The notes below the pieces were generated by a model. That model was not told the origin of the DNA. It saw only the letters and a program-made list of their open reading frames with translations, and made no database searches. The position numbers were made by a program, and so were the translations under genes. Of a stretch of DNA of 64,000 nt, positions 37,433 through 50,442 are shown piece by piece. This DNA comes from Octopus sinensis. Its lineage: Eukaryota. The stretch is from assembly GCF_006345805.1 (NCBI RefSeq), contig NC_043002.1:34038001-34102000 (forward strand), written 5' to 3'. Position 1 is the first letter of the stretch. Every line of letters begins with the position of its first letter.

Positions 37433-38401
37433 AATAATTAAATTATCTATTATGCATTTTATTGCATTTTTGTTATGAATTCGACGCCTCCTCGCCCCGG
37501 TCCGTGGAAAAATTGTTTGCGTGAAACCATTTGTAGTGCAAAAGACGTTGGGTAACGCTGCTCTACAGTACTCACACACATACCAAGCATAAAAACTACC
37601 CACAAAAGACAATAAAACTCACACGTGCTCTACAAATACCATATAATACATGCAAAACACAAACATCGCCCAACAAAATAACACAACTCATTACATTTAT
37701 TCTACCAAGGAGCCCCAGAGGCCCAAGATCATACTAGAAAAGTTCTTGGTTTTGGGTAAGAGAAAATACAGGAGGCAATGATGCACACATTTCAGAAACA
37801 CAGAGTTGCAACTGGTGATGCAGTGGAAATTTGCATGAAACTGTTTAGACATGATAACGACGATGATGATGATGAAAATCACTAATTATGATATCCGTCT
37901 ATTAATTAGTCAATGTTTATCCAAAATATTAATTTACGCCTAAATACACGGTTAATGTCATAATGTAATAATATAATGTCATTATGTGATGTGATGTGTA
38001 TATATATATATATATACGTTTTAATATGGTTTACCTTATAATGCGACAATTCTAACTCACTAACTCTCTTTCCCCCTCCCGCCCTCCCTTTGTCTCCTTT
38101 TTCACTTCCATTAATTGTCTCTGAGTGTAATGTGAGTTGTATATGTTCACTTGTCTAAGCGAATAAATTTTCAGCACAAACGTTTGTGTATGTGTGTGTA
38201 TGTGTGTGCGTGTGTACGCGTATGCGTGTGTCGACGAGTGTATGTGCATCTGTGTACGAGTATGTTTATATATATATATATACATACATGCATAATATAT
38301 ATATATATATTATATATATATATATATGCACAATGACATCTTAATGTCTATTTAATATTAGTTTCAAACAAACGTCATATATACATACATATACATTATA
38401 T

Positions 38402-38480
<79 letters not shown>

Positions 38481-38816
38481 GTGTATGAATGTATGTATGC
38501 ATTCATCTCCACGCGTATACATGTACAAATGGGAATATACGAGCATGTGAATACGTTGGTATGTATACACTATATATTAATTGCTATTAGAATATATTAG
38601 GAAATTATTATCACACACGAACACACAGTTACTCACTGACACACACAGAACCACACACCCACATCTATCTATCTCTCTTTCTTACTCTGTGTGGCGTGTG
38701 TGTATACATATATATATATAAATACATACATATAAATACATATATATATATATATATATATATATCTATATATATGTATGTATGTGTGTGTATGTATGTA
38801 TGTATGTATGTATATG

Positions 38817-38849
<33 letters not shown>

Positions 38850-39165
38850 GCTTGTTGGAGCATTAAGATCTAAGCATGTATTTGAATATATACAGAAATA
38901 TGAAATTCATTATATATAAACAATACATATATGTATGCATACATAGACACATATTTACACATACATACACACACATATGTATATATGTATGTATACATAT
39001 ATATATATATTCCATTGATAATCAAATGTTATTTACTAACACTGATTTAGTGTGTGTATATGTATGTGAATGAATATAATTCGAACACACATTCACGCAC
39101 ACAAATAGACTCACTTTTGTACACAAATACAGACAAGCGCGTGCGCGTGAAAATGTGTGTATAGA

Positions 39166-39202
<37 letters not shown>

Positions 39203-39308
39203 GCATATATATAGATATATATAGATATAGATATAGATATATAGATATATATATATAGATACATATATATATAGATATAGATATAGATATATAGATATAT
39301 ATATATAG

Positions 39309-39351
<43 letters not shown>

Positions 39352-39424
39352 CATGTCTGTAAACATAACATACATACGTACTAGATACATGCATAAATAG
39401 ATGTTTGTTTGTGTGTGTGTGTGC

Positions 39425-39457
<33 letters not shown>

Positions 39458-39808
39458 TATGTGTGTGTGTGTGTGCGTGCGTGTGTGTGTTTGTGTGTGT
39501 ACAGATAATAGGTGGCTATTTGTCAAAATGTCGGCTGTGATAGCCGAAACAAACGCTTGAATCGCCGATTAGTCGGTGAGGCTAGACTAATGAATCAGTG
39601 AATCGAGTAGTTAATACTGACAGTGCAGTTTAGTTGCACCCGGGGGTGACAGCACTCACCAGCCGTGACCAACACAACTATCCCTTAAGCTGAATCCATC
39701 TGTCTTTCTGGTCATCATTTTCTCGTTGACTAACATATGTATATTTCATCAAGAGATTGGGTACCCCACACATACACACACATGCACACTTAGACATGCA
39801 CACATACA

Positions 39809-39848
<40 letters not shown>

Positions 39849-41091
39849 ACACACACATACACACACACACATGCACACAAACGCACGCTGCCGCTTGCAC
39901 ACATACACCTGAGGTAGATAGAAGTGTATAAGTGCGTAGTTTCTCATCACCCCATCACATACGCACACACTATGATCTGTATATACATAAGCATATATAT
40001 GCACAAATGTGTGTGTATAATATATATATATACATATACATATATATATATATATATACATATATATCAAATATATATACATATGTATATATGTGTATAC
40101 ACACAAATAGATGTGTCTATATGTATTCATAAAATATGCATGCATACATACATGGTTTTATACACACACACACACATGTGTATATCTATATACTTTAACA
40201 TAGATACATAAGTACTTATATATAACCACGCAAAACATCAGCACACATTCATATATATGTATGTATATATATATGTGTATATATATGTGTATATATATGT
40301 GTGTGTATGTGTGTGTGCATTTATGTAGTTCTATATACATACACGTGCATGCAATGAGAAGATGGTTCTAGAAATAGTGGAGGTTTGAGGAAAATAATGA
40401 GTGAGCTTGCTAGTCAGAGAAGGCGGAGGGGTGATGTAAGAATAGATCAGAGTTGGGGTATAAAGATGTGAAGCAGAGTGGTGGTGTCAGGAGAACAGAG
40501 AGTGTGAATAAGAGAAAGTGTGGAAGGGGGAGTGATTGAGAGATTAAGGGGAGGCACATTTGCAGAAAGTCAGAGCGTGAGAGAGAGAGAGAGAGAGGAG
40601 AGAGAGAGGAAGAGGAGGAGACTACATTATGAACATATATACAACCAGATGTGCATATAGGCACTTATGTATACAGATTTATGTATAAAGATACATGTGT
40701 ACATGTATGAAAATGTTAGCACCTGTATACAAACATGTAGACATGTATATGTAAATAAACATGCTGAATTTCGTTGACGACACACACACATATATAACAT
40801 ACAGGCATATATACATGCATGCATACATATATACACACGCATACATATATGCTTGTTTGAATGCGCCTGTTTTTATATACCCTAATATATACGGAAACAA
40901 ACATCAAACTGAAGAATCACTCAGTATTTTTCAGTAGAGTCCCATATTTGCTTTTATAAGGAAACGGTTGATAGTGACTTCGAATTTTCTACTTACCGTC
41001 ATAAAGAAACCTGATCATGGTCAAAAATCTGAAACTTCGAAGTCGTTGCAAACTTTTCCTTGTGTGCGCGTGCGTGTGTGTGTGTGTATGT

Positions 41092-41149
<58 letters not shown>

Positions 41150-41506
41150 GATCTTAGTTTAGGCCTAGCGATACTAACAACCTGGTGTTCGAACTCGATT
41201 TACATACGCTTCAGAACAAAGCATTAAGTGTGTACAGACAGCAATGCGAAATTAAATAATGACAAGGGAACAAGAAGTAGGTAATCAACTTAATCAGTTG
41301 TTTCTGCTATAAGATGCCATGTATCAGAGCAGAATACTTGTGTATCATCTTAGAGCTTCTTCGGAACTAATGAATATGGTTGCTATTCCCTTGTCATTTA
41401 TTAAATTATACGTATGTATGTATGTATGTATGTATGTATGTATGTATGTATGTATGTATGTATGTATGTATATGTATGTATGTTATGTATGTATGTTGTA
41501 TGTATG

Positions 41507-41557
<51 letters not shown>

Positions 41558-41729
41558 TGTTATATGTATATATATATATATATAAATTAGAGATAAAACC
41601 ACTATTATGCAACTCAAACAGTGATAGACATAAACCAAATATAAATAACAAATAAAACATATAACTATATCTCCCTATTATTATTATTATTATTATATTA
41701 TTATATTATTATTATTTTATTATTATTAT

Positions 41730-42293
41730 TGAGTGAGAGAGCAGTGCATGCCATCAAAGGGACACTGGGGTAAAATATACGAAGCCCAATATACCCCTCA
41801 TGACTACCCGTCTGATAAAGGTACACCAGGCACATGCATCACACCATATGTGCGCGACATGGTGATCTCATATCAAGATAAACAGCACATGACCTTGCAG
41901 GTGGGGCCCAGTTAGAATTTTCATCAGGTTGAGTAGCCCATCCCGCTCAAAAGGTCCCTGAATAAGGGTTTGTTTAAGGATGTTAAAGAACCCCCCATGT
42001 TTTCCAGAGGTGAATTATTCAAAACCCCAAAGAATCCCTCTCAACACATGGCTATGATGCTCCCCCACTACTTCTGCTCGTAATCAGAGATGCACATATC
42101 GTCAGCCACTAAGGGACATGCTCAACTGGTTAAGGTCAAACAACTGACAAGCAATCTGTGGTATTGAGCAGAATATTTGCTGTAGCCCATCTTTATACCA
42201 AGACAAACAATGTACATGATAACACTTCCAATCAGTTAAGATCAGAAGCCATGAGAGCCATGCCTGGTCAGAAGCCATGGAGCCACTGCCTGG
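41730..42293. mobile_element. Unclassified element of about 565 bp flanked by (TTA)n on both sides
   Basis: Sharp boundaries against TTA tracts, mixed-composition interior, no convincing ORF. Confidence 0.55.
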
Positions 42294-42311
42294 TTATTAT
42301 TATTATTTTTA

Positions 42312-42352
<41 letters not shown>

Positions 42353-42428
42353 TATATTATTATTATTATTATTATTAATTATTATTATTATATAACCATA
42401 TTAATATATATTTAGAGATATATATATT

Positions 42429-42470
<42 letters not shown>

Positions 42471-42474
<4 letters not shown>

Positions 42475-42812
42475 ATGGTGGTGGAATAGCACAGAAATAA
42501 GTCTAAGACATTTCAATTTAAGGGAATTTAATAAAAAATTATATAAAGAAAATATTACCGGTTTCGATGTATCTCATCTTATCAAATATCAGTAAAAAAT
42601 GTTTAAATTTTGAAGTAAAAACAGTTTATTTTCTGTCTACATAAAATAAAATGTTTTTACTTCAAATTTTTGTAAATTTTTACTGATATTTGATAAGATG
42701 AGATACATCGAAACCGGGAATATTTTCTTTATATAATTTTTTTTATTAAATTCCCTCTTAAATTGAAATGTCTTAAACTTACTTCTGTGCTATTTCCACC
42801 TCCATCTTTTAT
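42471..42812. mobile_element. Near-perfect palindromic mini-element with an HHR on each arm, in (TA)n
   Basis: Arms of about 165 bp around a 10-nt loop CTGTCTACAT (42633-42642). Confidence 0.9.
42551..42590 (-). ncRNA. Minimal type I HHR, compensatory U3-A8 core, all stems intact
   Basis: GATAT-TTGATAA-GATG(AGATA)CATC-GAA-ACCGGT-A-ATATT. The mirror copy at 42685-42724 (+) has U16.1 changed to G. Confidence 0.75.
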
Positions 42813-42850
42813 ATTAAACAATTGATTTGTATAGATCTCTAATCTTTTTC

Positions 42851-42932
<82 letters not shown>

Positions 42933-43663
42933 ATATATACATACATATATATATATAGATATTATATTATATATTATATACATATATATATATGTACATA
43001 TATATTATACATATACACACACATATATAATTTCTATATAAATAATAGATCGATATTTTAAATAACGATCAAACAAGTGGCAGCATGGGAAGAAAAAAAT
43101 TATATAGGTTATAATTTTCATAATAATAATAATAATGATAATAATAATAATAATAATAATAATATAATAATAATAATGATGATAATGATAATAATAATAA
43201 TAATAATAATGATAATAATAATAATAATGATAATAATAATAATAATAATAATAATAATATGTATATGTATGTATATATGCTCACGCACATCACCTACACC
43301 CATATATGTATGCTTGTATGTATGTATGTATGTATGTATGTATGTATGTATGTATGTATGTATGTATGTATGCCTGCATGTTTCGCCTGATGATCACAGT
43401 CACGTGAAACTCGTGTCGCAAGAGAAACTCAATTTCACGTTTAATAAAAAATAAACCATATATACATATATACTCTCTTTTTCTTGTTTCAGCCATGCGG
43501 CCGTGGTCATGCTGGAGCACCACTATACACGCATACATGTGTGTGTGTATTATTTATTATTTTTATTTAATTGAACGCCACACATCCATTTCCAAGTATG
43601 TATATATGTATATATAACAATGTGGAAAAAATAGTACTCGAATACCGGAGGTGGAGTAATGTT

Positions 43664-43878
43664 TTAGGCGGTGAGCTGGCAGAAATGTTAGCACGTTGGA
43701 CGAAATGCTTTGTGGTATTTCGTCTGTCGTTACTTTCTGAGTTCAAATTTCCCCCGAGGTCAACTTTGCCTTTCATCTTATCGGGGTCGATAAATTAAGT
43801 ACCAGTTGCGTACTGACGTCGATCTAATCGACTGGCCCCTTCCCCAAAAATTTCGGTGCTTGTGCCTAGAGTAGAAAA
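43664..43878 (+). mobile_element. SINE family A inserted into an older short element flanked by (TA)n
   Basis: Full head to tail. The host fragment at 43620-43660 matches 22895-22935. Confidence 0.85.
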
Positions 43879-44059
43879 GAATATGCTTTATTATTAAAGC
43901 TGCAAAAACATCATAAAAACATCGCAAAAACTTTTGTGATATTTATATGAGTTTTTTTTGCAGCTTTAATAATAAAGTATATATGAGTGTGTACGTATGT
44001 GTGTATGTGTGTGCGTGTGTGTGTGTTTATGTATATATATATATATATATATATATGTC

Positions 44060-44900
44060 TACTTCTACATTGGCGCATCCTCTTCCCGGTTATCTAAGAG
44101 AATTTCCATTCATTATTCTTAATTTAGGGATAGCAGTAAACGTCATAGCACAGGGCTAAGTAAATTGGTTTGGTATCTTAAAGACAACAATAAGGGTTTT
44201 AAGTTAGATTGGTTCATCCTGTCCATATTTTTTCCATATGATAAGGGCAAAGGATTTTGTGACATTTGCAACTCTGAACTCTTCCGTATTCTCTTCTCTA
44301 AGAATCACCTTGTTAACACACTTATAGAGCGATCTTACAAATGTAAGCTCTGGCAGAAACATACCTTTAGCTCATACAAGTGATTTTATCAGTCTTGATA
44401 GTTTGAACAGTCAGTTCAACTTGCACTTTACTTCAATAGAGAAATCTACTTCCAAGCCTTTGAACATTTTTTCCACCAATATATCCATCTTTATTTGTTC
44501 TCTACTTATTATTTCTTTACCCCTTCTCTTCCTAGTGTCTGCCTTTGACGTCGAATCTACTAATAGTTTTTAAAAAATAATTAATAACATTCTGTTTATC
44601 ATTTATGCAGTCATCAAAATTGTTATAATGTCTTGTTGTTGAGATAGGCTCTCTTTCTTTCCTGATGAGAAGATTGCATTTTACACCGTTTATTCCTTTG
44701 GAATAAAACCAATGTTGTCTTCGAAACATATGTCGAAAGTAAAAGAATTTGAATAGCATCTGCGTTCAACTCCATTTATTTACTTATACTACACAAATTA
44801 CTGCACATTAACCCGGAGTTTCTACCTTTGAATAGGTCGCTACATCCTTGTTACTCGCTATGAATTTTGTTTATAGAATTTTCCATGTTAACGGTAAACA
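44060..44900 (+). mobile_element. Penelope-like element 3' end: GIY-YIG C-terminus plus pLTR region
   Basis: LSKLVWYLKDNNKGFKLDW.IL..FPYDKGKGFCDICNSE..LVNTLIERSYKC..* (stop at 44383) matches the PLE endonuclease C-terminal pattern; an HHR follows. Confidence 0.8.
44657..44739 (+). ncRNA. Canonical-core type I hammerhead ribozyme with extended, branched stem II
   Basis: CTTTC-CTGATGA-GAAGAT...GTCTTC-GAA-ACATATGT-C-GAAAG: 5-bp stem I, GUC site after 44734, palindromic stem III. Confidence 0.85.
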
Positions 44901-45331
44901 AAGGATAATTCATTTATATATATATATAAATTTCTTCTTGATTTTGTTTGAATGTAGCCTCTTCTGTAATTCTCATGAATTTTAAATAATATTGTTTTCC
45001 TAATCAGCGCCGACATACATTTTTCCCTGTTGGTATTCAATCAAAAGACACGCTCTATGTTTGTTAATAGTTCCTTATCTCCTTTAAATACCGATATGTA
45101 GAGCCTCTAGGTTATTCGTTGGTCACAGCTGAAATTATATCTGCATATGCATCTGGACATGTATATCCGAACCTGGGTCAGGTTTTTCTGTTTTGTGACC
45201 CATACAATGGAAGTTTCCCCTCTCTACACTAGCGATGGGATTCAATTGTAAAACTGCCACCTGAGGACTGACACAGTTTGGCACCAGTCTCGTTGCAGGC
45301 TGTCAGAGCGAAGCGAATCGGAAGCTATACC

Positions 45332-45497
45332 CAGAACCGTCTTAAGGCATAGGCACACTGGGTATTTGGCCAGGGGCCCTATTTATCTAGGAACCCGATT
45401 CAAATATATGTATGCTGTGTTGTGTCAATAGATAGATACTACAAGGCCCAGTACACTGATTTGCCCGGGGCCTTATAATGCTTTTAAGACGGTCCTG
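45332..45497. mobile_element. hAT-like MITE
   Basis: TIRs CAGAACCGTCTTAA / TTAAGACGGTCCTG; decayed 8-bp TSD GCTATACC / CCAATACC. Confidence 0.75.
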
Positions 45498-46357
45498 CCA
45501 ATACCACAAGGTATCCAGTTCAGGTTATCGTTGTAACATTTCCAACAATCCTTCCTTCCTTGGATTGGTAAACTTTGAAATTCGTATTTGAATAATCTCT
45601 ACGTTTTAACAAATATTTTTTTTTGTTCTTTGTAACAATATAGAGGACTAACATTTTGTCAGCCAGTGCTTGTGACACCATCAAAAGGTAACCGAATCCT
45701 GAAAACCAAATAAACTTGAATGTAAGATAGAAATGATCTTCCCATGGTTTAGCTATGTACATTTGTTCTGGTGTTATCTTGCCTCAGAATGTACAGCTTA
45801 TTTATCAGGAATTGTTTTAAAATGACCCCAGAAACCCCTACTTTCCACCTGATTGATCAATTACTTTATTAGGCTGACAGAGATGCCAGACAAACTGATT
45901 AACACACTTCGTATGTGATTTTTACATGACGTAAAGACATGCAACTGGACCATAATCGTGTTTATTATGTTTTTACTGGGTTATTACACGAGTTTATATT
46001 TGTGTGTGTGCGCGCGTGTGTGTGTGTGTGCGTGCGTGTGTGTGTGTGTGCGCGCGTGTGCGTGTGTGTGTGTGCGTTCTTGCGTGTACGTGTGTGTTTT
46101 TGTTCGTGCATGTATGTGTAATGGTGTATGTATTTGTATGAGTGTGTGCTGTTTTGTGTTTGTGTGTGTAGGAGTGTATATGTGTATGTAATAATTTGAA
46201 GCATAACAGCGTTCTTATTAATAAATTTTCACGTAGACAATCAACGTGTTTCTATATATTTATCTATATATGTTTATATGTATTTAAACATATTTACGTA
46301 TTTGTGCATAATACTCGTATAATGTATGTCTTAACGTCAATATACAATGCTTGCATG

Positions 46358-46452
<95 letters not shown>

Positions 46453-47124
46453 CATGCTAGATGTGCTGTGTCATGTGCTCATGTAAACTACGTTGTAAGT
46501 CCTTGTATGAATATCTACTATATTCAGGTGATGTATTCGTGTTTGCATACATTACGGGGAATATTTACCAATTTCACGTACCTATCGCTAAATTCTATTA
46601 TCTAAAGACATACAACGTATTTAGTTGATAGAGTGTATCATGTTTCAAACTGCCGTGTTACCTGTCCCTGTGTGTGTGGCACCCCTGACATCAGAGTTCA
46701 CGGTGAATACATAGAAGCTGGGAAAGTTGAATCTGAATGTAAACAGAAATATTTATAGTTGACACCATTCCAAATATTGGAGGAGGGCTAAATATACCTT
46801 AAATGATCACTTGTACGCATTGCAAAGGTTAGAAAAAGGCTTATATATAAGGGGCTGTCTTTTATTTATATTTTTTTTTGGAAGGTGTCTCTTGAAATAG
46901 TACTTACGTAATAAAGCTTATTAAAAAATACTTGACCGGAACATATTGTAGGCTACCAACTCAAAGATGGTGAATCCGTACTTGTTCCTGATATACTGAT
47001 CTGTCCCAGATATAGTAATGTTTTTTGTGCTGCACTCCATAGAGTAGAACAAAATACTTGTATTAAACTAGCGCTCTAGCCAGGGGGAAATTTATCCCAT
47101 TAATATTTCGGTAATTGAAGTCAG

Positions 47125-47290
47125 CGAGCTGGCAGAATCGTTAAGCACGCCGGGCAAAATGCTTAGCGTTATTTCGTCCGTTTTTACGTTCTGAATTCAA
47201 ATGCTGTCGAAGTCAATTTGCCTTTCATCCTCTCGGGGTCGATTTACTTCCTCCCCCGAATTTGCTGGCCTTCTGCCAAAATACGAAACT
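47125..47290 (+). mobile_element. SINE family A, internally deleted
   Basis: Head, central domain and tail recognisable. Confidence 0.8.
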
Positions 47291-48031
47291 AATATTTCAG
47301 GAACTCTACAAAATCTGTGAACCAAGAATAATTTAATATTGGGCAGTTGTTCTGTAGAGAATGGATGGTGTGTGAGCGAATGGATAAAGTATTGGACACC
47401 CAATAGATAGATCAGTGGTTGTCACTCTATCTAGTTCAAAGCACTTAACTCTGAAACACCATTTAACACCATCTAACTGTAAATAGATACCTCTAAATAG
47501 GATGTATTCACCATTATTAGAAGAGGTGCCCTACTAAAACTAAATCATGTAAAACATCCTATTATTGGTATCTATTTACAGCTAGATGGACTGGAGTCTT
47601 TCATAATCATGTAGTGTTGATTTCAACTCATATTATTAATCCCATCAGAGCCCTTATCAATAAGACAGTGTTTATTTTGTCACTAAATCCAAGAATTAAT
47701 TTTTCAAATAAGTGGTTATGTTTCAAGTTTTACAAGATGTATACACTCATGTATCCCGTAATTAATTCCTTGGCGGCCTAAAAATCTACACTGAAGAAAC
47801 ATTTCAAACTGATATAGGGATGAAAATTTCTCGCACCTCCCAAGTCTGAATTTGATAGCCTAGCGCGGGAAAACTTGTATTCCGAACCAAAAACCGGCAT
47901 ATTAATGACCTCTCTTTCGCCTCTGTTACTCATGAATACTATTGATACTTGCATATTGACAAAATGTTTCGTATTAAGATGGTGTCAACGAGACAGAGCG
48001 AGCGAAAGTAGTAACCAAACTTCCATATATA

Positions 48032-48232
48032 CGAGGGGGTGTTGAAAAGTTCCTGGTTTTGGGTAAAAAAAAAATACAGGAAGATCAGTAAATTGTGATT
48101 TTACTCAACATATTCCCCTCTCACATTCACACACTTATTGCAGCGGTCCTTCAGTTTTTCTAAATAAAAGAACTCGGAAAGTTATGCCTCCAGCCAGGCT
48201 TTTCGCCATATCCTTAAAGTCAGAAACTTTCG
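48032..48232. mobile_element. mariner-type MITE
   Basis: TA|CGAGGGGGTGTTGAAAAGTTCCTGG left end; partially deleted right end CAGAAACTTT-CG|TA. Confidence 0.7.
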
Positions 48233-48238
48233 TATATA

Positions 48239-48291
<53 letters not shown>

Positions 48292-48391
48292 AATTATTAA
48301 TATTAGAGAAGTTATTTCCGAGTTCACAGGGGAGAGTAATTCAATTTAGTGGTACTAAAATGAATTTTTCGCTGTATTATACACACATATA

Positions 48392-48593
48392 TAGATAGCT
48401 TTAAGAGACAGAACCACCTTCAAGCAACTCAATCAACATTGAACGACATTATCGATGACAGAGATACATAACACTAAATTTTATCAAAATTAATATCTAC
48501 CATTATTATTCTGAATCATATATTAAATTATATGTTAAATTATATAATTTAATATATGATTGAGTTGCTTGAAGGTGGTTCTGTGTCTTAAAC

Positions 48594-48600
<7 letters not shown>
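48392..48600. mobile_element. Foldback/MITE-like element with IRs of about 44 bp at an (ATCT)n border
   Basis: TAGATAGCTTTAAGAGACAGAACCACCTTCAAGCAACTCAATCA and its near-perfect reverse complement. Confidence 0.75.
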
Positions 48601-48671
<71 letters not shown>

Positions 48672-48869
48672 CTATATATGTATATGTGTGTGTGTGTATT
48701 GAGAGAGTCATTACGCCAGTAATAATAACACACTCACATGTTCAATTCCACTTCTTCATTATTAGTCAATGGTTAAGTATCTAACCATCTAATCGATTGT
48801 TTGTCTAACATGTTGGTTAAAAAATCAACCAGTGGTTTTTTTTGTCCGTGAAGGTTCTTTCGTTGTTGT

Positions 48870-49211
48870 TCGCATCACGATGTCACATCAAGAGTTTTGC
48901 AAACCAAATACAAAGACTATATATATGACCGTAAGATTTCACCTAGAAAGTTACCTTCCCAGGCACAAGTCCGGACAAGGTTGTTTATGCATACCGGCCT
49001 CCCCTCTCCACGCTACCAGTGTTATCCAAGAGAAAGGTAACAGCAGATACAGCTTGGCACCTGTGACGTCGCAACTCATTTCTACAGCTGAATGAACTGA
49101 AGCAACGTGAAATAAAGTGTCTTGCTCGAGAACACAACACGCAGTCCGGGATTCGAACTCACAACCTCACGATCGTAAGCTCGACGCTCTAACCACTGAG
49201 CCATGCGCCTT
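48870..49211 (-). mobile_element. tRNA-derived SINE with CORE-like body
   Basis: Reverse complement reads GGCGCATGGCTCAGTGGTTAGAGCGTCG..GTTCGAATCCC..TTCTCGAGCAAGACACTT. Confidence 0.8.
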
Positions 49212-49215
49212 CTCT

Positions 49216-49296
<81 letters not shown>

Positions 49297-49499
49297 ATAT
49301 ATATATATATTTTTTTTGTTGTTGGAAAACTTAAAACACGTGGCTTTACCATTAAAGAGAAGAGAAACTATTTTAGATTAAACTAAGTTAAGTTGAAGAA
49401 CATATATGCGTATGTAATTTTTAATATTGTAATGTTAAAATTTTTTTCTTACATAAAACATTGTTCCGAAAGTTTTTAGTTGTTAGTAGCCATTTATAG

Positions 49500-49832
49500 T
49501 TCTAGTTCATCCTCCCTAGGAATACAGGGATGTGCTGAAAGGATATATGAAGAATCCCAGCATCTCCACAGACATCTGCGGCTCGATGAATGGCACTGAT
49601 CACTAAAGCTAATAATTCCTGCCATTGAGAAGAAACAACAGATTGAATACGAAAGAGCACATGGGAGGTATCACTTTTCCGTTGCGTCATGCTGCTTCAT
49701 CTACGGCAGATGTCATTACGGCTGCAGATCAAGAGCAGGCATTGTAATCCACATGCGAGTCGAGTCTGCTAGAGATGATCACTGAAGAAGAACAGTCAAC
49801 GTCCACCCACGACGGACAGCCGAAGAAGAAGA
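49500..49832 (+). mobile_element. RTE LINE 3' end
   Basis: C-terminal zinc-finger-like RCHYGCRSRAGIVIHMR, short UTR, (GAA)n tail. Confidence 0.7.
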
Positions 49833-49856
49833 ATATATATATATATGTATATATCT

Positions 49857-50040
49857 TATATAAAATCCGTTCTGTGTGTGTGTGTGTGTCTTCTCGGATC
49901 TCGGGCATCCTCCATCCGATTGCACTCAAATTTGATATGTAGACACCGACGGTATCAGGGCGTGTATAAGTCTTGAAAAAATTACAAAAATCGATTCCAG
50001 GTGAGAATGCGATCGATAAAGCCGTTTTTGTCCTGTTTTT
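49857..50040 (-). mobile_element. Partial Helentron-like non-autonomous element
   Basis: ATCTTATATAAAA..CTGTGTGTGTC end parallels 37134-37170. Confidence 0.45.
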
Positions 50041-50411
50041 CTTCCGTCAACCTGTACATAGCTGCACCTTCCATTTTTTCTTGGTTTTTGTACTGATTAA
50101 AGGCACGTTTCTTTCCTGTCAAGCTGACTGTTTAAACCATGTTTGTTCTCCCAGTCAACAGCCTTATCATTACTGGTACTTTAAACTCTTCGGTTGCATA
50201 TTTGTGTGAATAAAATCGTTTTCCTTTGGAATAGAAAAAAGTCTATCTTTATGTCTTCTTTCGCTGGTGTCTCAAATTTAGGTTAAATCAGTGTTTCTCA
50301 AAGGGAAGGTCTATGGGACGATCGGACAAGTTGTTTTGAGAAAATTTAGTTTAAATGTTTGATAACTCAGTACCGTCCATTGGACGGGAGGGGGGGGGGG
50401 CGTTTTGCTCG

Positions 50412-50442
<31 letters not shown>

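Noticed and set aside
45115-45320. Possible HDV-like ribozyme in an RTE-type 5' UTR (GGTCACA/TGTGACC pairing; GTTTGGCACCAG motif)
   Set aside because: P3/L3, P1.1 and J4/2 cannot be assigned; only one helix is supported.
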